This document shows, in pieces, positions 52,395 to 64,000 of a stretch of DNA of 64,000 bases. A model generated the notes under the pieces. The model had not been told where the DNA came from, searched no databases, and worked only from the letters and a program-made list of their open reading frames with translations. Position numbers and translations under genes: made by a program. The stretch lies in contig OZ024750.1 in assembly GCA_964016885.1 (NCBI GenBank), positions 28,582,001 to 28,646,000 of the forward strand, read 5' to 3'. Numbering within the stretch: position 1 is the stretch's first letter; the number at the start of each line of letters is the position of its first letter. This stretch comes from Eledone cirrhosa. Lineage: Eukaryota.

Positions 52395-55331
52395 ATTACG
52401 TATGTTCGTGGGTTCTGGTGAAGGACTCAGCACGAAATTAAGATATGACATATATTCTTGTGTTTAGTTGAAGAACACAGCAGGAAATTCATATATATAA
52501 CTCCTTAGCACTGGAACCAACATGTCGACAGTCGATCGACAAGATCCCAGACCTCACCAAATCGGACCGAGGAAATAATGTTTCCATTGGTCTTTCCAAT
52601 TGCAAATACTATCTACCGGTCTTAAATCCAATCCAGACAGAAGGAGCAACGTGAAATAAAGTGTCTTGCTCAAGGACATAATGCATCTGAGAATCGAGCT
52701 CACAACCTCACGATTGCGAATCCAATTCTCTATCCACTCAGCCACACGCCTTCACTAGTATATACCATGCATATGCTAAAGATTTTAGCTACCCATGTAG
52801 TCGTATTGGCGAACATACAGGGATACTCCCGCTCTCATTCCTTGATCCAATGGAACATCCAGGTGAGAACTGAAAGGAGAGACGTTTGTATCAGGCAATG
52901 GGCTGGTACTATCTTTATCGACTCCGAAAGGATGAAATACAAAGTGGAACTTGGCGGTATTTGAACTCAGAATAAAGAGAGCTGGAACAAATTCCCAACT
53001 ATGCTAAATCGACTGTTTTAACATATCAACTATCTGAATTATCTAAATTCAGATTATTGGCCCATTTGAGTTATTTCCCTTAGTTAACGTTACAAATTAT
53101 ACAGTTAAAATTCTTTGTATCTGTTTTTGCGCTTAAAAAAAATCTGTTCACTAACCAAAACAGGCTAGCGATAATTACAGTTCTCTAATGAGGTTTAACG
53201 AATCCAAAGCCTGCCTGTAGCTGTCACACTACTTGCTAAGAAATATCAGATTAAATATTCTGTGAAATTAATTTATAATCGGTGGATTGGCAGTATCGGT
53301 AGAGGTTCGGATGCCATGCTTTGACGCATAGAGTTACGGCCCTTGCCATTCTGAGTTCAAATCCCGCCGAGGTTAACTTTGCCTTTCATCCTTACGGGGT
53401 CGATAAAATAAAGTACCAGTAATGTACTGGGTAATTTTCTGGCCTTGTGCCAATAGTAGAAACAATTAATTTATAATTTCTCTAAACCATCTCCACCTTT
53501 CAGTATCTATACTATATATTAACTGGTCTTTTGCAAACCAACAAGGGAGCTTTTATATGGTCACTTGGCTTGCTAGAAATAGCAGCAGAATTCTCAAACA
53601 ACACATCTCAACCGTCTTCGAAAAGAACACGTTGAATAATTTAGTTATAAGTTCATAGCTCATGGGAAAATGATAGGATGGTCACGACTGGAATGCCTTT
53701 ACTGGATCAAGGTTGACCTGTAGCTAAGCAACAGCAAGTATCTTCGTTTTTTTAGAGTGTATCTCTTCAAAACAGACAAAAAACGTTTCAAACTTGGTTC
53801 ACAACAAAAACTGAGAATGAAAAATCCAGCTGTTCCAATTATATAAGAAGAATTACAGAATATATTTTGAAATCAATTCGGGTCTTCTACTTATTACATT
53901 TTACCTAATTCATTAATTAAAAAACAACAATCCGGACTTGCGGAGTTTAAAATAGAAAACAAGCGTTAAACTGATATATTTCTTCGATGTACTGGGTCGT
54001 TTGCTTTCTTTATTGATTACATTTTACACACACACACATAGTTTAGGGATCTAATCTTGAGCTGATCAATCGCAAAACACCTGAATAAACTTATTGATAA
54101 TTTAAGACCTCATCCTTACTTATTATTATTATATAGTTGGCGGTGGAATGGCAGTATCGGTAGAGGGTCGGACGCCATGCTTTGACGCATAGTTACGCCC
54201 CTTTCCATTCTGAGTTCAAATCCTGCCGAGGTTAACTTTGCCTTTCATCCTTACGGGGTCGATAAAATAAAGTACCAGTAATGCACTGGAGGTAATTGCT
54301 GGCCTTGTGCCAAAAGTAGAAACAATTATTATACACACACACACATATGTGCCCACACGAAATCGTTCTCTCTCTATTTAACGTATAATTGTGCACTCTG
54401 CTTTCCTTTTTGGTTGGTATCTTAATTAAAGTATTGAGTGAGTGACAAAACGGTCGATGATAGACCGGTTCTTCCGATGACTTCGTTTGTTTTATATCTT
54501 AACTATAATAAGGGAATGTCTGCGGGATTGCGTCCAGAATATTTTTTTTACCTCGTTTGTAAAATAAGTTGGATTACTTTGAATAAATAATTGTTTCTAC
54601 TTTAGGCACAGAGCCAGCAATTACCCAGTGCATTACTGGTACTTTATTTTATCGACCCCGTAAGGATGAAAGGCAAAGTCAACCTCGGCGGGATTTGAAC
54701 TCAGATCGTAAAGGGACGTAACTATGCTGGAAAGCATGGCGTCCGACTCTCTACCGATACTGCCAATCCACCGCCCTTACTTTGAATAAATAATGAATGA
54801 ATATTACATAATTTGTGCTAAATTTCGTGGCTGTTGATTAAATATATTTTATAGTTTAATCTTTAAAATTCACTTCTTTAAAATTATCAAATGTCAACAC
54901 TTCCGGTTAGCGGCCGTTATATTATAACACTTATAATCGCATATATTTCCGTCGCTAATTTTCTCCTAATACAGTTTATATATAATGTCGTCTTTTTTTA
55001 ATATATCATGGACTACTGATTACAGAAGACAGTGTAACATAGGCTTTGTTCAATTTCTGTGTATATTGTCAATTACGATTTTATTTGATGTATCATATCT
55101 ACATGCATATATATTTGTGTATAATATCAATATACACACTACACATGCTAGCAGAAAACCACCCGTGGCGTGGTTTTTCTGCTAGTATATATAATTGTTT
55201 CTACTTTAGGCACAAGGCCAGCAATTACCCAGTGCATTACTGGTACTTTATTTTATCGACCCTGTAAGGATGAAAGGCAAAGTCAACCTCTGCTAGTATA
55301 TATAATGTTCTTCTCTGTTCGTCCACTGTGT

Positions 55332-55399
<68 letters not shown>

Positions 55400-55523
55400 A
55401 CATATGTTCATGCCCTAAGGACAGACACAGGTCTCTTGGAGACGCAGGATATGGCAGCGGTGATGAGGGATTGACTGTAGGAGACAACTCGCCCTTAGAT
55501 CTCGGGAATTTTACCCGCCCTAG

Positions 55524-55586
<63 letters not shown>

Positions 55587-55587
<1 letters not shown>

Positions 55588-55762
55588 CGAAGGAAATGTG
55601 GTAAGGAATCAGGTGGACCATAACGCACCAAAGTACTCAATACTTAGGGTAGTAGAGTGGGTAATAGGAACGAGTAGGACCCCGACGGCTGAGCTCAAGC
55701 CGTTTCGACGGCTAATTCTGTCGAAACGGCTTGAGCTCAGCCGTCGGGGTCCTACTCGTTCC
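55587..55762 (-). mobile_element. Family C fold-back element
   Basis: Centre ~55720; short arm ends ttcc-(TA)n. Confidence 0.85.
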
Positions 55763-55780
55763 TATATATATATATATATA

Positions 55781-56177
55781 AAGTAGAAGGGGTATTTAAT
55801 TTGTTGGAAGTCCAACAAATATAAATGTTTATAACTGATTTAAAGCACTCAACAGTAACTGGAGTAAATATTCAATGATATTAAATAAATGGAAACTATA
55901 TTTATAAAACCATATTTATTTTATTATATATATTTCAAGGGTACCAAGACAACATTGGTACGCTATCATCAGATAAAATACAAAATTTGTTTTATAAATA
56001 GAGACGTACCCATGAAAATCATACCTTATCGGTTGGAAATTCACTGATCCAGTGAATTTCCAACCGATATTTTGTATTTTATCTGATGATAGCGTACCAA
56101 TGTTGTCTTGGTACCCTTGAAATATATATAATAAAATAAATATGGTTTTATAAATATAGTTTCCATTTATTTAATAT

Positions 56178-56182
<5 letters not shown>
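55781..56182 (-). mobile_element. Family B fold-back element with hammerhead motifs on both arms (~55920-55977 minus; ~56078-56137 plus)
   Basis: Centre cactg-atc-cagtg at ~56048. UUUAU-CUGAUGA-UAGCGUACCAA...UUGGUACCCUU-GAAA-UAUA-UA. Inverted arm ends aatatcattg-(TA)n. Confidence 0.85.
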
Positions 56183-56246
<64 letters not shown>

Positions 56247-56247
<1 letters not shown>

Positions 56248-56430
56248 CGAAGGAAATGTGGTAAGGAACCAGGTGGACCATAACGCACCAAAGTACTCAA
56301 TACTTAGGGTAGTAGAGTGGGTAATAGGAACCAGTAAGACCCCGACGGCTGAGCTCAAGCCGTTTCGACGGCTAATTCCAGAATTAGCCGTCGAAACGGC
56401 TTGAGCTCAGCCGTCGGGGTCTTACTGGTT

Positions 56431-56432
<2 letters not shown>
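56247..56432 (-). mobile_element. Family C fold-back element
   Basis: Centre ~56378; short arm ends ttcc-(TA)n. Confidence 0.85.
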
Positions 56433-56470
<38 letters not shown>

Positions 56471-57214
56471 GGTGACAAGGCCAGTGAAACGGCTTCAACG
56501 TAATCACTGATACTAGCAGTGACTGTGAAACCGCCCGTTTAAAAAAAACGTTGGATAATACAATTCTATATATACTATGTCTAATAGAAAAGAAACCCTG
56601 GTAATTATGGATGGAATATATTTTACAATAAGTCCCAGTCTTCTTAAATGAGGTTGGTCTGGTTAAGTCAAACTACTACAGTTTTTATAGTTATAATTAT
56701 GTTAATAGCTGAATATAAAATAAAATATATATATAGATAATTGTTTCTACTTTAGACACAAAGCCAGCAATTTCCCAGTACATTACTGGTAAAACATTAC
56801 TGGTAAAACAAACCCTGTGTCGCAACATTTGGTTTTCTCTTTGCTAAAACGGAGTTTTGTAGTTTATATCTATTGATAAAACCTTGATACTCCAGTAATT
56901 AACGATAGTAAAATAATTGTTTCTACTTTAGGCACAAGGCCAGCAATTACCCCAGTGCATTACTGGTACTTTATTTTATAGACCCCGTAAGGATGAAAGG
57001 CAAAGTTAACCTCGGCGGGATTTGAACTCAGATCATAAAGGGCCGTAACTCTTTGATGCAAAGCATGGCGTCCGACCCTCTACCGATACTGCCACTCCAT
57101 GTTGTGACACAACAGTGGTGGCGTTGGATGTAGTTTCTTGCAATGTATGTATATATCAAGGCATGCATCTGTGTATACATAAATGCATGCATCTATTTAT
57201 ATATATATATATAT

Positions 57215-57528
57215 ATTTCGTTTCTGAATTTGGCATGCGCAGACTGAGCACACAACACAACACACACACAGAAACAAAATGGCGTGAGACAGAACAAAGG
57301 GGAGGCACAAAAACAAAGAAAAGAATCCCCAGTCACTGATGAGGTCACAGAATGTGTGACGAAAGAACTTTGACAATATATAAACAACTATCTGGTTGTG
57401 GAACCAACCAACCAACCAGAAATTTATAGATTTAGAAATTCCTAAATTTATAAATTTATTATAATAAATTGAAGTGAAAGCAACTGGTGCGTGTGTTTCT
57501 TATTGGCAACATGACCCTCCCAAAGTAT

Positions 57529-57535
<7 letters not shown>
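57215..57535 (+). mobile_element. Family A pLTR fragment in (TA)n
   Basis: Homologous to 9770-10031. Confidence 0.8.
57332..57374 (+). ncRNA. Minimal type I hammerhead ribozyme motif, canonical core
   Basis: GUCA-CUGAUGA-G-GUCAC-agaaugu-GUGAC-GAAA-GAAC-UU-UGAC. Confidence 0.83.
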
Positions 57536-57599
<64 letters not shown>

Positions 57600-57714
57600 C
57601 ACACGCACGCACGCGTGTGTGTGTGTGTGTGTATATATATTTTTTCACCCACGTTTTTCAGATAAATATTTATTGGTAACGACACAGCTTTATTTTTAAT
57701 TCTATATATAGATA

Positions 57715-57784
<70 letters not shown>

Positions 57785-57863
57785 GTGTGTGTGTGTATGT
57801 ATATATATATATATATATATGTATGTATATATACGTGTGTGAGTATGTACCTTTGTGTGTGTG

Positions 57864-57918
<55 letters not shown>

Positions 57919-58135
57919 TCATGCATGTGTGTGTATGTATAAATATATGCATACATATGTGTGTGAGTACGTATCTTTGTGTGTATGCATATGTATGTAT
58001 GCATGTATGTATGTATGTATGTATGTATGTATGTATGTATACATGCATGCGTGTGTATGTATAAATATATGCATGTGTGTGTGAGTACGTATCTTTGTGT
58101 GTATGCGTATGTGTGTGTGTATGTACGTGTGTATG

Positions 58136-58173
<38 letters not shown>

Positions 58174-58645
58174 CATGTGTATATGTGCTTAGAGAGGTGA
58201 TCGTGTCACACTGGTAGCGTTAGTTGAGGTTGTTGAATATAGTATTAAAGACACTCCTTTCAAATTAGAGTGACACATTTGAATAGATGTACTAAGTCAC
58301 CTAGAATTACCCCGCCTCTTCTTTCAACGTTCGGGCCAAGCAGCTACTTAACATAACAGCTTGTTAGCGCATCACTGCATTTATGCAATATTAGTATATA
58401 TTGAACTGGAGTCCAGTATCTTGATGTGATGTATATAGTATAAGAAACAGTTATATCTACCTATCGGTCTATCTTATCTATTCCACGGTCTATTCTATCT
58501 ATTTATCGGTCTATGTCTGTCTGTCTCTCTGTCTGTCTCTCTGTCTATCTATTGGTCTATCTTCTCTATTCCACGGTCTATCCTATCTATTTATCGGTCT
58601 CTGTCTGTCTGTCTCTCTGTCTGTCTATCTATCGGTCTATCTTAT

Positions 58646-60768
58646 TTACAGATTTTGGCCAAGGTGCTAGCAAAGAGGTTGGCGCTTGTCGTGGGCAACC
58701 TGGTGGGAGATGCGCAGACATGCGCTATCCCGTCCAGGTCCATCCATGACAACCTCCACCTCATGCGATACATCATAGAGAGGGTTGGGAACGAACCCGG
58801 CTTTGGTGGGGCTCTGATCAACTTGGATCAATCTAAGGCGTTCGATAGGGTCGACCATGGTTACCTGGATGCGGTGCTAGCGGCGGCAGGCTTCGGACCC
58901 GTTTTCAGGGGCTGGATCACTGCTATGCACAGCAGCCGCATCTGCTCAAGGTGAACGGCTACCTCTCGGAGCCGTTCAAAATCGCGCGATCCATCCGACA
59001 AGGGTGCCCTCTCTCCTCCCTTCTGTATGTGTTGACTCTCGAGCCACTACTGCGGAAGTTGGAGTTGTTGCAGGGCATCCCTTTGGAACCGGGATTGCGG
59101 AAAGCGGTGTCAGCCTACGCCGATGACGTGACAGTAATGGTGTCGACGGCCTCCGAAATCGAGGCGGTCGGCACCTTACTGTAGGAGTACGAAAAGTTCA
59201 CAGGGGCTAAGCTGAACCGGGACAAGTCGATCGGTTTGCAACTCGGCACGTGGAGGGGCAGACCGATGCCCTCCGATGGCGTCGTCGGACGCTGGACGGA
59301 GGGCCCGGTGAAGTTGCTCGGGGTCTGGTTCGGACCGGACCTCCAGGTGGAGAATAACTGGGCGGAGGTTACGAACAGGGTGTTTGCACTGACCCAGAAG
59401 TGGGCCAGTTGCAAACTATCCCTGAAAGGTCGGGCGGAGGTGGCGAACACTTATATAGCGTCCGTCATCTACTACCGCCTGACCGTAGTGCCCTGCCCAA
59501 GGGAAACCCTCACCAAGATGGAGCGCGCGCTCTTCCAATTCCTTTGGAAGAGGCGGGCTCCTATGGTGAGGAGATCCATCTGCTGTCAACACCCTTCGAA
59601 AGGAGGGCTGGGGATGCCGTGGCTAATGATGCGTAAACACGCATTAAGGCTACGGCACCTCTACGTATTCCTCACCGGACAACCGGTGTGGGCCTCATTT
59701 GTGAGACGAACCTTTCCCAGACTCGTCTCACTCACCGAGCTGCAATCCTGGGTCAAGCAAAGACCGAGAAAACTGGGCGCCTGGCACACTGAGTGTGCCC
59801 AGGCGCTCACCGCCCTCTGGCAGGCGGATCCGGTTATCAGTGGAGACTCCACCGCAACATTCTATAGAGGGCTGGTACTCAGCAGGTGCGACGACGCCCT
59901 CGGAGAAGCCCTAGACATGGAGGAGGACGAACTGGCCAGCCTGTTCGGTAGGACATTCATCCCGGGACCTATGGACAACTTCCAGAAGTCCCTGGCCTGG
60001 CAGTGCTACCGAGGGGCTTTACCCGTTCGAGAAAGGCTCTACAGACACGGGCGCCCGGGTAGGGACCCCGCCAAAAAGATCTGTCCCAGATGCGTGTGCG
60101 ACGAGGAAACCGTTGCACACGCATTGGTACACTGCTCGGGCGTAGCCGATCTGTGGGGCTATGTCGAACAACTGCTGTCAAGGGTGGGACCGATCCGGTT
60201 GACCACCGAGTCTATTGTAATGATCAAGCCGCCTCCCCCCTTCAAAGATGAAGGAGAGGCGGTGTTTCTGTGCGTAATAGCCATGGCGAAAGAGGTTGTA
60301 TGGTGGACGCGTCTGAAAGGACTGAGGTCAGGCACCTTTCTCTCTGGCCAACAACTGGTCCGTTTCTTCCGATATCATTTCGGAAGAAGGATCAGGATGG
60401 AGAGAGAGGTGCTGCACCCCAGTCGTTTTTATGAAAGGTGGGTGAAAGTGGCGAGAATGGCCCGTGTGAATGGGCCTTCTCTTTACATAAGCCTGTAGGT
60501 GGAAAAGAGGAAGGAACGAGGGAGCACCCCCTCTCTGTGCTCCTGAGGAAAAGGGTTGCACACTTTTTTCGGGGGTGTGTGCGACCCCCCAAGGCGCCTC
60601 CTCTCTATTGAGGATTTTGTTACAAATTTTATTTTTTGTTATATTTTATTTTATTTTATTTTTATATTTTGTTATTGCCTCCTCCTTATTGAGGACGCCT
60701 TTTTGTGTAAACTCCCCCCTTTGTACTTGTCCCACTTTTGATGCCCTGGTGGCAAATAAAAGAAACAT
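58646..60768 (+). mobile_element. 5'-truncated Tx1/L1-clade LINE: ORF2 RT + C-terminal CCHC (to 60498) and 3'UTR
   Basis: ILAKVLAKRL, LDQSKAFDRV, SIRQGCPLS, AYADDV, VKLLGVWF, LSLKGR, GGLGMP, CPRCVCDEETVAHALVHC. Frameshift at ~58940 and stop at ~59182. Ends gtggcaaataaaagaa. Confidence 0.92.
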
Positions 60769-60796
60769 ATCTCATCTATTCCACGGTCTATCTATC

Positions 60797-61178
60797 CCCT
60801 TCTTTAAGTACCACTTCAGAAGGAAGGCGAGAGTGGAGAGAGAGGTGCTACACCCCAGTAAATTCGCTGAGATGTGGGTGAATGTGGCGAAAATGGCCCG
60901 GGTAAATGGGGCTTCTCTGTATATAAACCTGTAGGTTGAGGAAGACAAACAGAGGGAAGACGGGCACACCTACAAAACGTGTTCCTGGTGTTGAGGGTTG
61001 TTCTATCCACGGGGTGTAAAACAACCCCGCAGTAGCGTTACCCCCTCCCTAATGGGGATTTCAATTGTTTTATTTTTATATAGTTTATTGTTATTTATCA
61101 TTGTTAAAGATTTTATGTAAAAACCCCGCCTTGTAATGTCCCATTTTTGTACGCCCCTGTGGCAAATAAAGAAAGATA
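60797..61178 (+). mobile_element. Short 3' fragment of a related Tx1-like LINE
   Basis: FFKYHFRRKARVEREVLHPSKFAEMWVNVAKMARVNGASLYINL* parallels the ORF2 end; same 3' terminus. Confidence 0.85.
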
Positions 61179-61207
61179 TCTATATGTCTGTCCTATCTAT
61201 TCCACGG

Positions 61208-61265
<58 letters not shown>

Positions 61266-61359
61266 CATCCATATCTCTATATATATATACATATATTTAT
61301 TAATCTTAAATAGCTATCGATCTATTTTAACTATCTATTGTTCTATCTGTTTATCCTCC

Positions 61360-61693
61360 CTGGAGAGAGAGGTGCTGTACCCCAGCAAATTTTATAAAAG
61401 GTGGGTGAATGTGGCAAAGATGGCCGAGTGGTTGGGCCTTCTCTCTATATAAGCCTGTGGGTTGAGGAACAAGAGGAAGAGAGGAAGGTAGTACTCACTC
61501 TTGGTGCTCCTGGAGATGAGGGTTGTACATTTTTTCGGGGTGTGTACAACCCCTGTGTAACGCCTCCCCCCTATTGGGGATTTCAATTGTTATTTGTTGT
61601 TTTATTAATAGTTTTATTTTCATATACCTGTATGTAAACTCCCCATTTTTATTTGTCCCCTTCTTTTGTGCCCTTGTGGCTAATAAAGAAATG
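61360..61693 (+). mobile_element. Third Tx1-like 3' fragment with 16-bp TSD
   Basis: EREVLYPSKFYKRWVNVAKMA; TSD tatctgtttatcctcc at 61344-61359 and 61694-61709. Confidence 0.85.
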
Positions 61694-61906
61694 TATCTGT
61701 TTATCCTCCATCTCTCCATAAGAGAAATTGAAAGTGAAAGATATGTAAAGAGAGTAGAGAGCGAGACACAAACAGAGGATGTAACTGTATATATATATGT
61801 ATATATATATATATTATAGACATATATATATTATATATACACATGATCCCCGCCAAGGGTGAAAGCAGAAATTCATTGCTTAAACTTTCAATCTGTACTA
61901 ATAATA

Positions 61907-62287
61907 ATTGTTTCTACTTTAGGCACAAGGCCAGCAATTACCCAGTGCATTACTGGTACTTTATTTTATCGACCCCGTAAGGATGAAAGGCAAAGTCAAC
62001 CTCGGCGGGATTTGAACTCAGACCGTAAAGGGACGGAACTATGCTGGAAAGCATGGCGTCTGACCCTCTACCGATACTGTCAATCCACCGATAATAATAT
62101 TATGTGGATTGGCAGTATCGGTAGAGGGTCGGACGCCATGCTTTCCAGCATAGTTACGTCCCTTTACGATCTGAGTTCAAATCCCGCCGAGGTTGACTTT
62201 GCCTTTCATCCTCACGGGGTCGATAAAATAAAGTACCAGTAATGCACTGGGTAATTTGCTGGCCTTGTGCCTAACGTAGAAACAAAT
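61907..62287. mobile_element. Head-to-head pair of SINE-A copies forming a ~185-bp-arm palindrome
   Basis: 61907-62088 (minus) and 62104-62287 (plus), ~15-nt spacer. Confidence 0.9.
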
Positions 62288-62294
62288 AATATTA

Positions 62295-62351
<57 letters not shown>

Positions 62352-62477
62352 AGACACAATTATATTACATATATATATATACACATATACACACACTCAT
62401 GCATACATATATAATTTCTTTGTTTACATGGCGTAGCTGTGTATGTAAACTAAAAACAGTAGTTTTGTATAAATCGG

Positions 62478-62533
<56 letters not shown>

Positions 62534-62992
62534 ACACACATACACACACACACACACACATACACACATACACACACACATACACACACACATACACACA
62601 CACATACACACACACACACACACATACACACACACATACATACACATGTGTGTACATATATAAATGGCGTTCCCAAAAAATGTATACACACTTCAACAGC
62701 ATTCTAATAAATATTGCTGTACAGGTTATCAAAGTATCTACATATTTATTGGGGACTCTGTGTGTGTATATATATGTCTGTGAGTATGTGTATGTATATA
62801 TATGTGTGTATATTAATGTGTGTGTGTGTGTGTATATATGTATATATATATGTTGTGTATGTATGTATAAATACGTATGCCTGTCTATGCATATATATAT
62901 ATATTTATATATACATATATATATATATATAAGTATGTATGTGTGTGTATGCATGTATGTCTATGTATAAATACGTATGTCTGTGCCTATGA

Positions 62993-63038
<46 letters not shown>

Positions 63039-63071
63039 TTATATATATATATATTTATATATATATTTATT

Positions 63072-63104
<33 letters not shown>

Positions 63105-63169
63105 ATTTATATATATATATTTATATATATATATATTTATATATATATATATTTATATATATATATATT

Positions 63170-63200
<31 letters not shown>

Positions 63201-63209
63201 ATATATATT

Positions 63210-63240
<31 letters not shown>

Positions 63241-63249
63241 ATTTATATT

Positions 63250-63282
<33 letters not shown>

Positions 63283-63291
63283 ATATATATT

Positions 63292-63700
<409 letters not shown>

Positions 63701-64000
63701 AACATTCAAATACATTTCGATCCCTTGTTGCACATCTGCGTACCTCTTATTCAAGAAACAACGCGCAAAGTAAAGCCTCGATTATCGATCAATGGACGAA
63801 TCATGTTTCACCAGTAACCCAAACAATGCCCTGTATCTGTAATATGATAGAAAGCCAACACCTACTTCCACGCTTAACATATGCTACAAGTTACATGCAC
63901 CCTAAGTACTGTCTTCAGCTTTTATAATAATCAGGAGCGGGTAAGGGCGGGGTTGCTTATTTACTTTAGTTTTTTTGTGGTGTATATATCAAGACAAAGA

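Overview
Eukaryotic, very AT- and microsatellite-rich intergenic or intronic DNA. The SINE families look like those of an octopus (inference from recalled sequence). No intact host gene can be supported, and nearly all ORF-track entries are microsatellite artefacts. Recognisable coding remnants are two decayed Penelope-like retroelements (PLEs, RT + GIY-YIG; ~904-4298 minus and ~11442-13970 plus), a 5'-truncated Tx1/L1-clade LINE followed by two short 3' copies (58646-61709), a CRE-type endonuclease tail beside a PHD-finger remnant (39270-40110) and RTE-type 3' fragments. There are also about 40 tRNA-SINE copies and several MITEs. The most striking structure is a population of about 20 short (150-450 bp) long-arm/short-inverted-arm elements from at least five families, sitting in (TA)n or (GT)n tracts. 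Many carry minimal type I hammerhead ribozyme motifs (CUGANGA...GAAA...UH, with covarying stems in one family). Within each family the inversion points and inverted-arm ends recur at the same place, often at or near the ribozyme. They look like non-autonomous, microsatellite-targeting, PLE-derived ribozyme elements inserted by priming at both ends. All calls were made by eye, and boundaries are approximate (about +/-10-20 nt).
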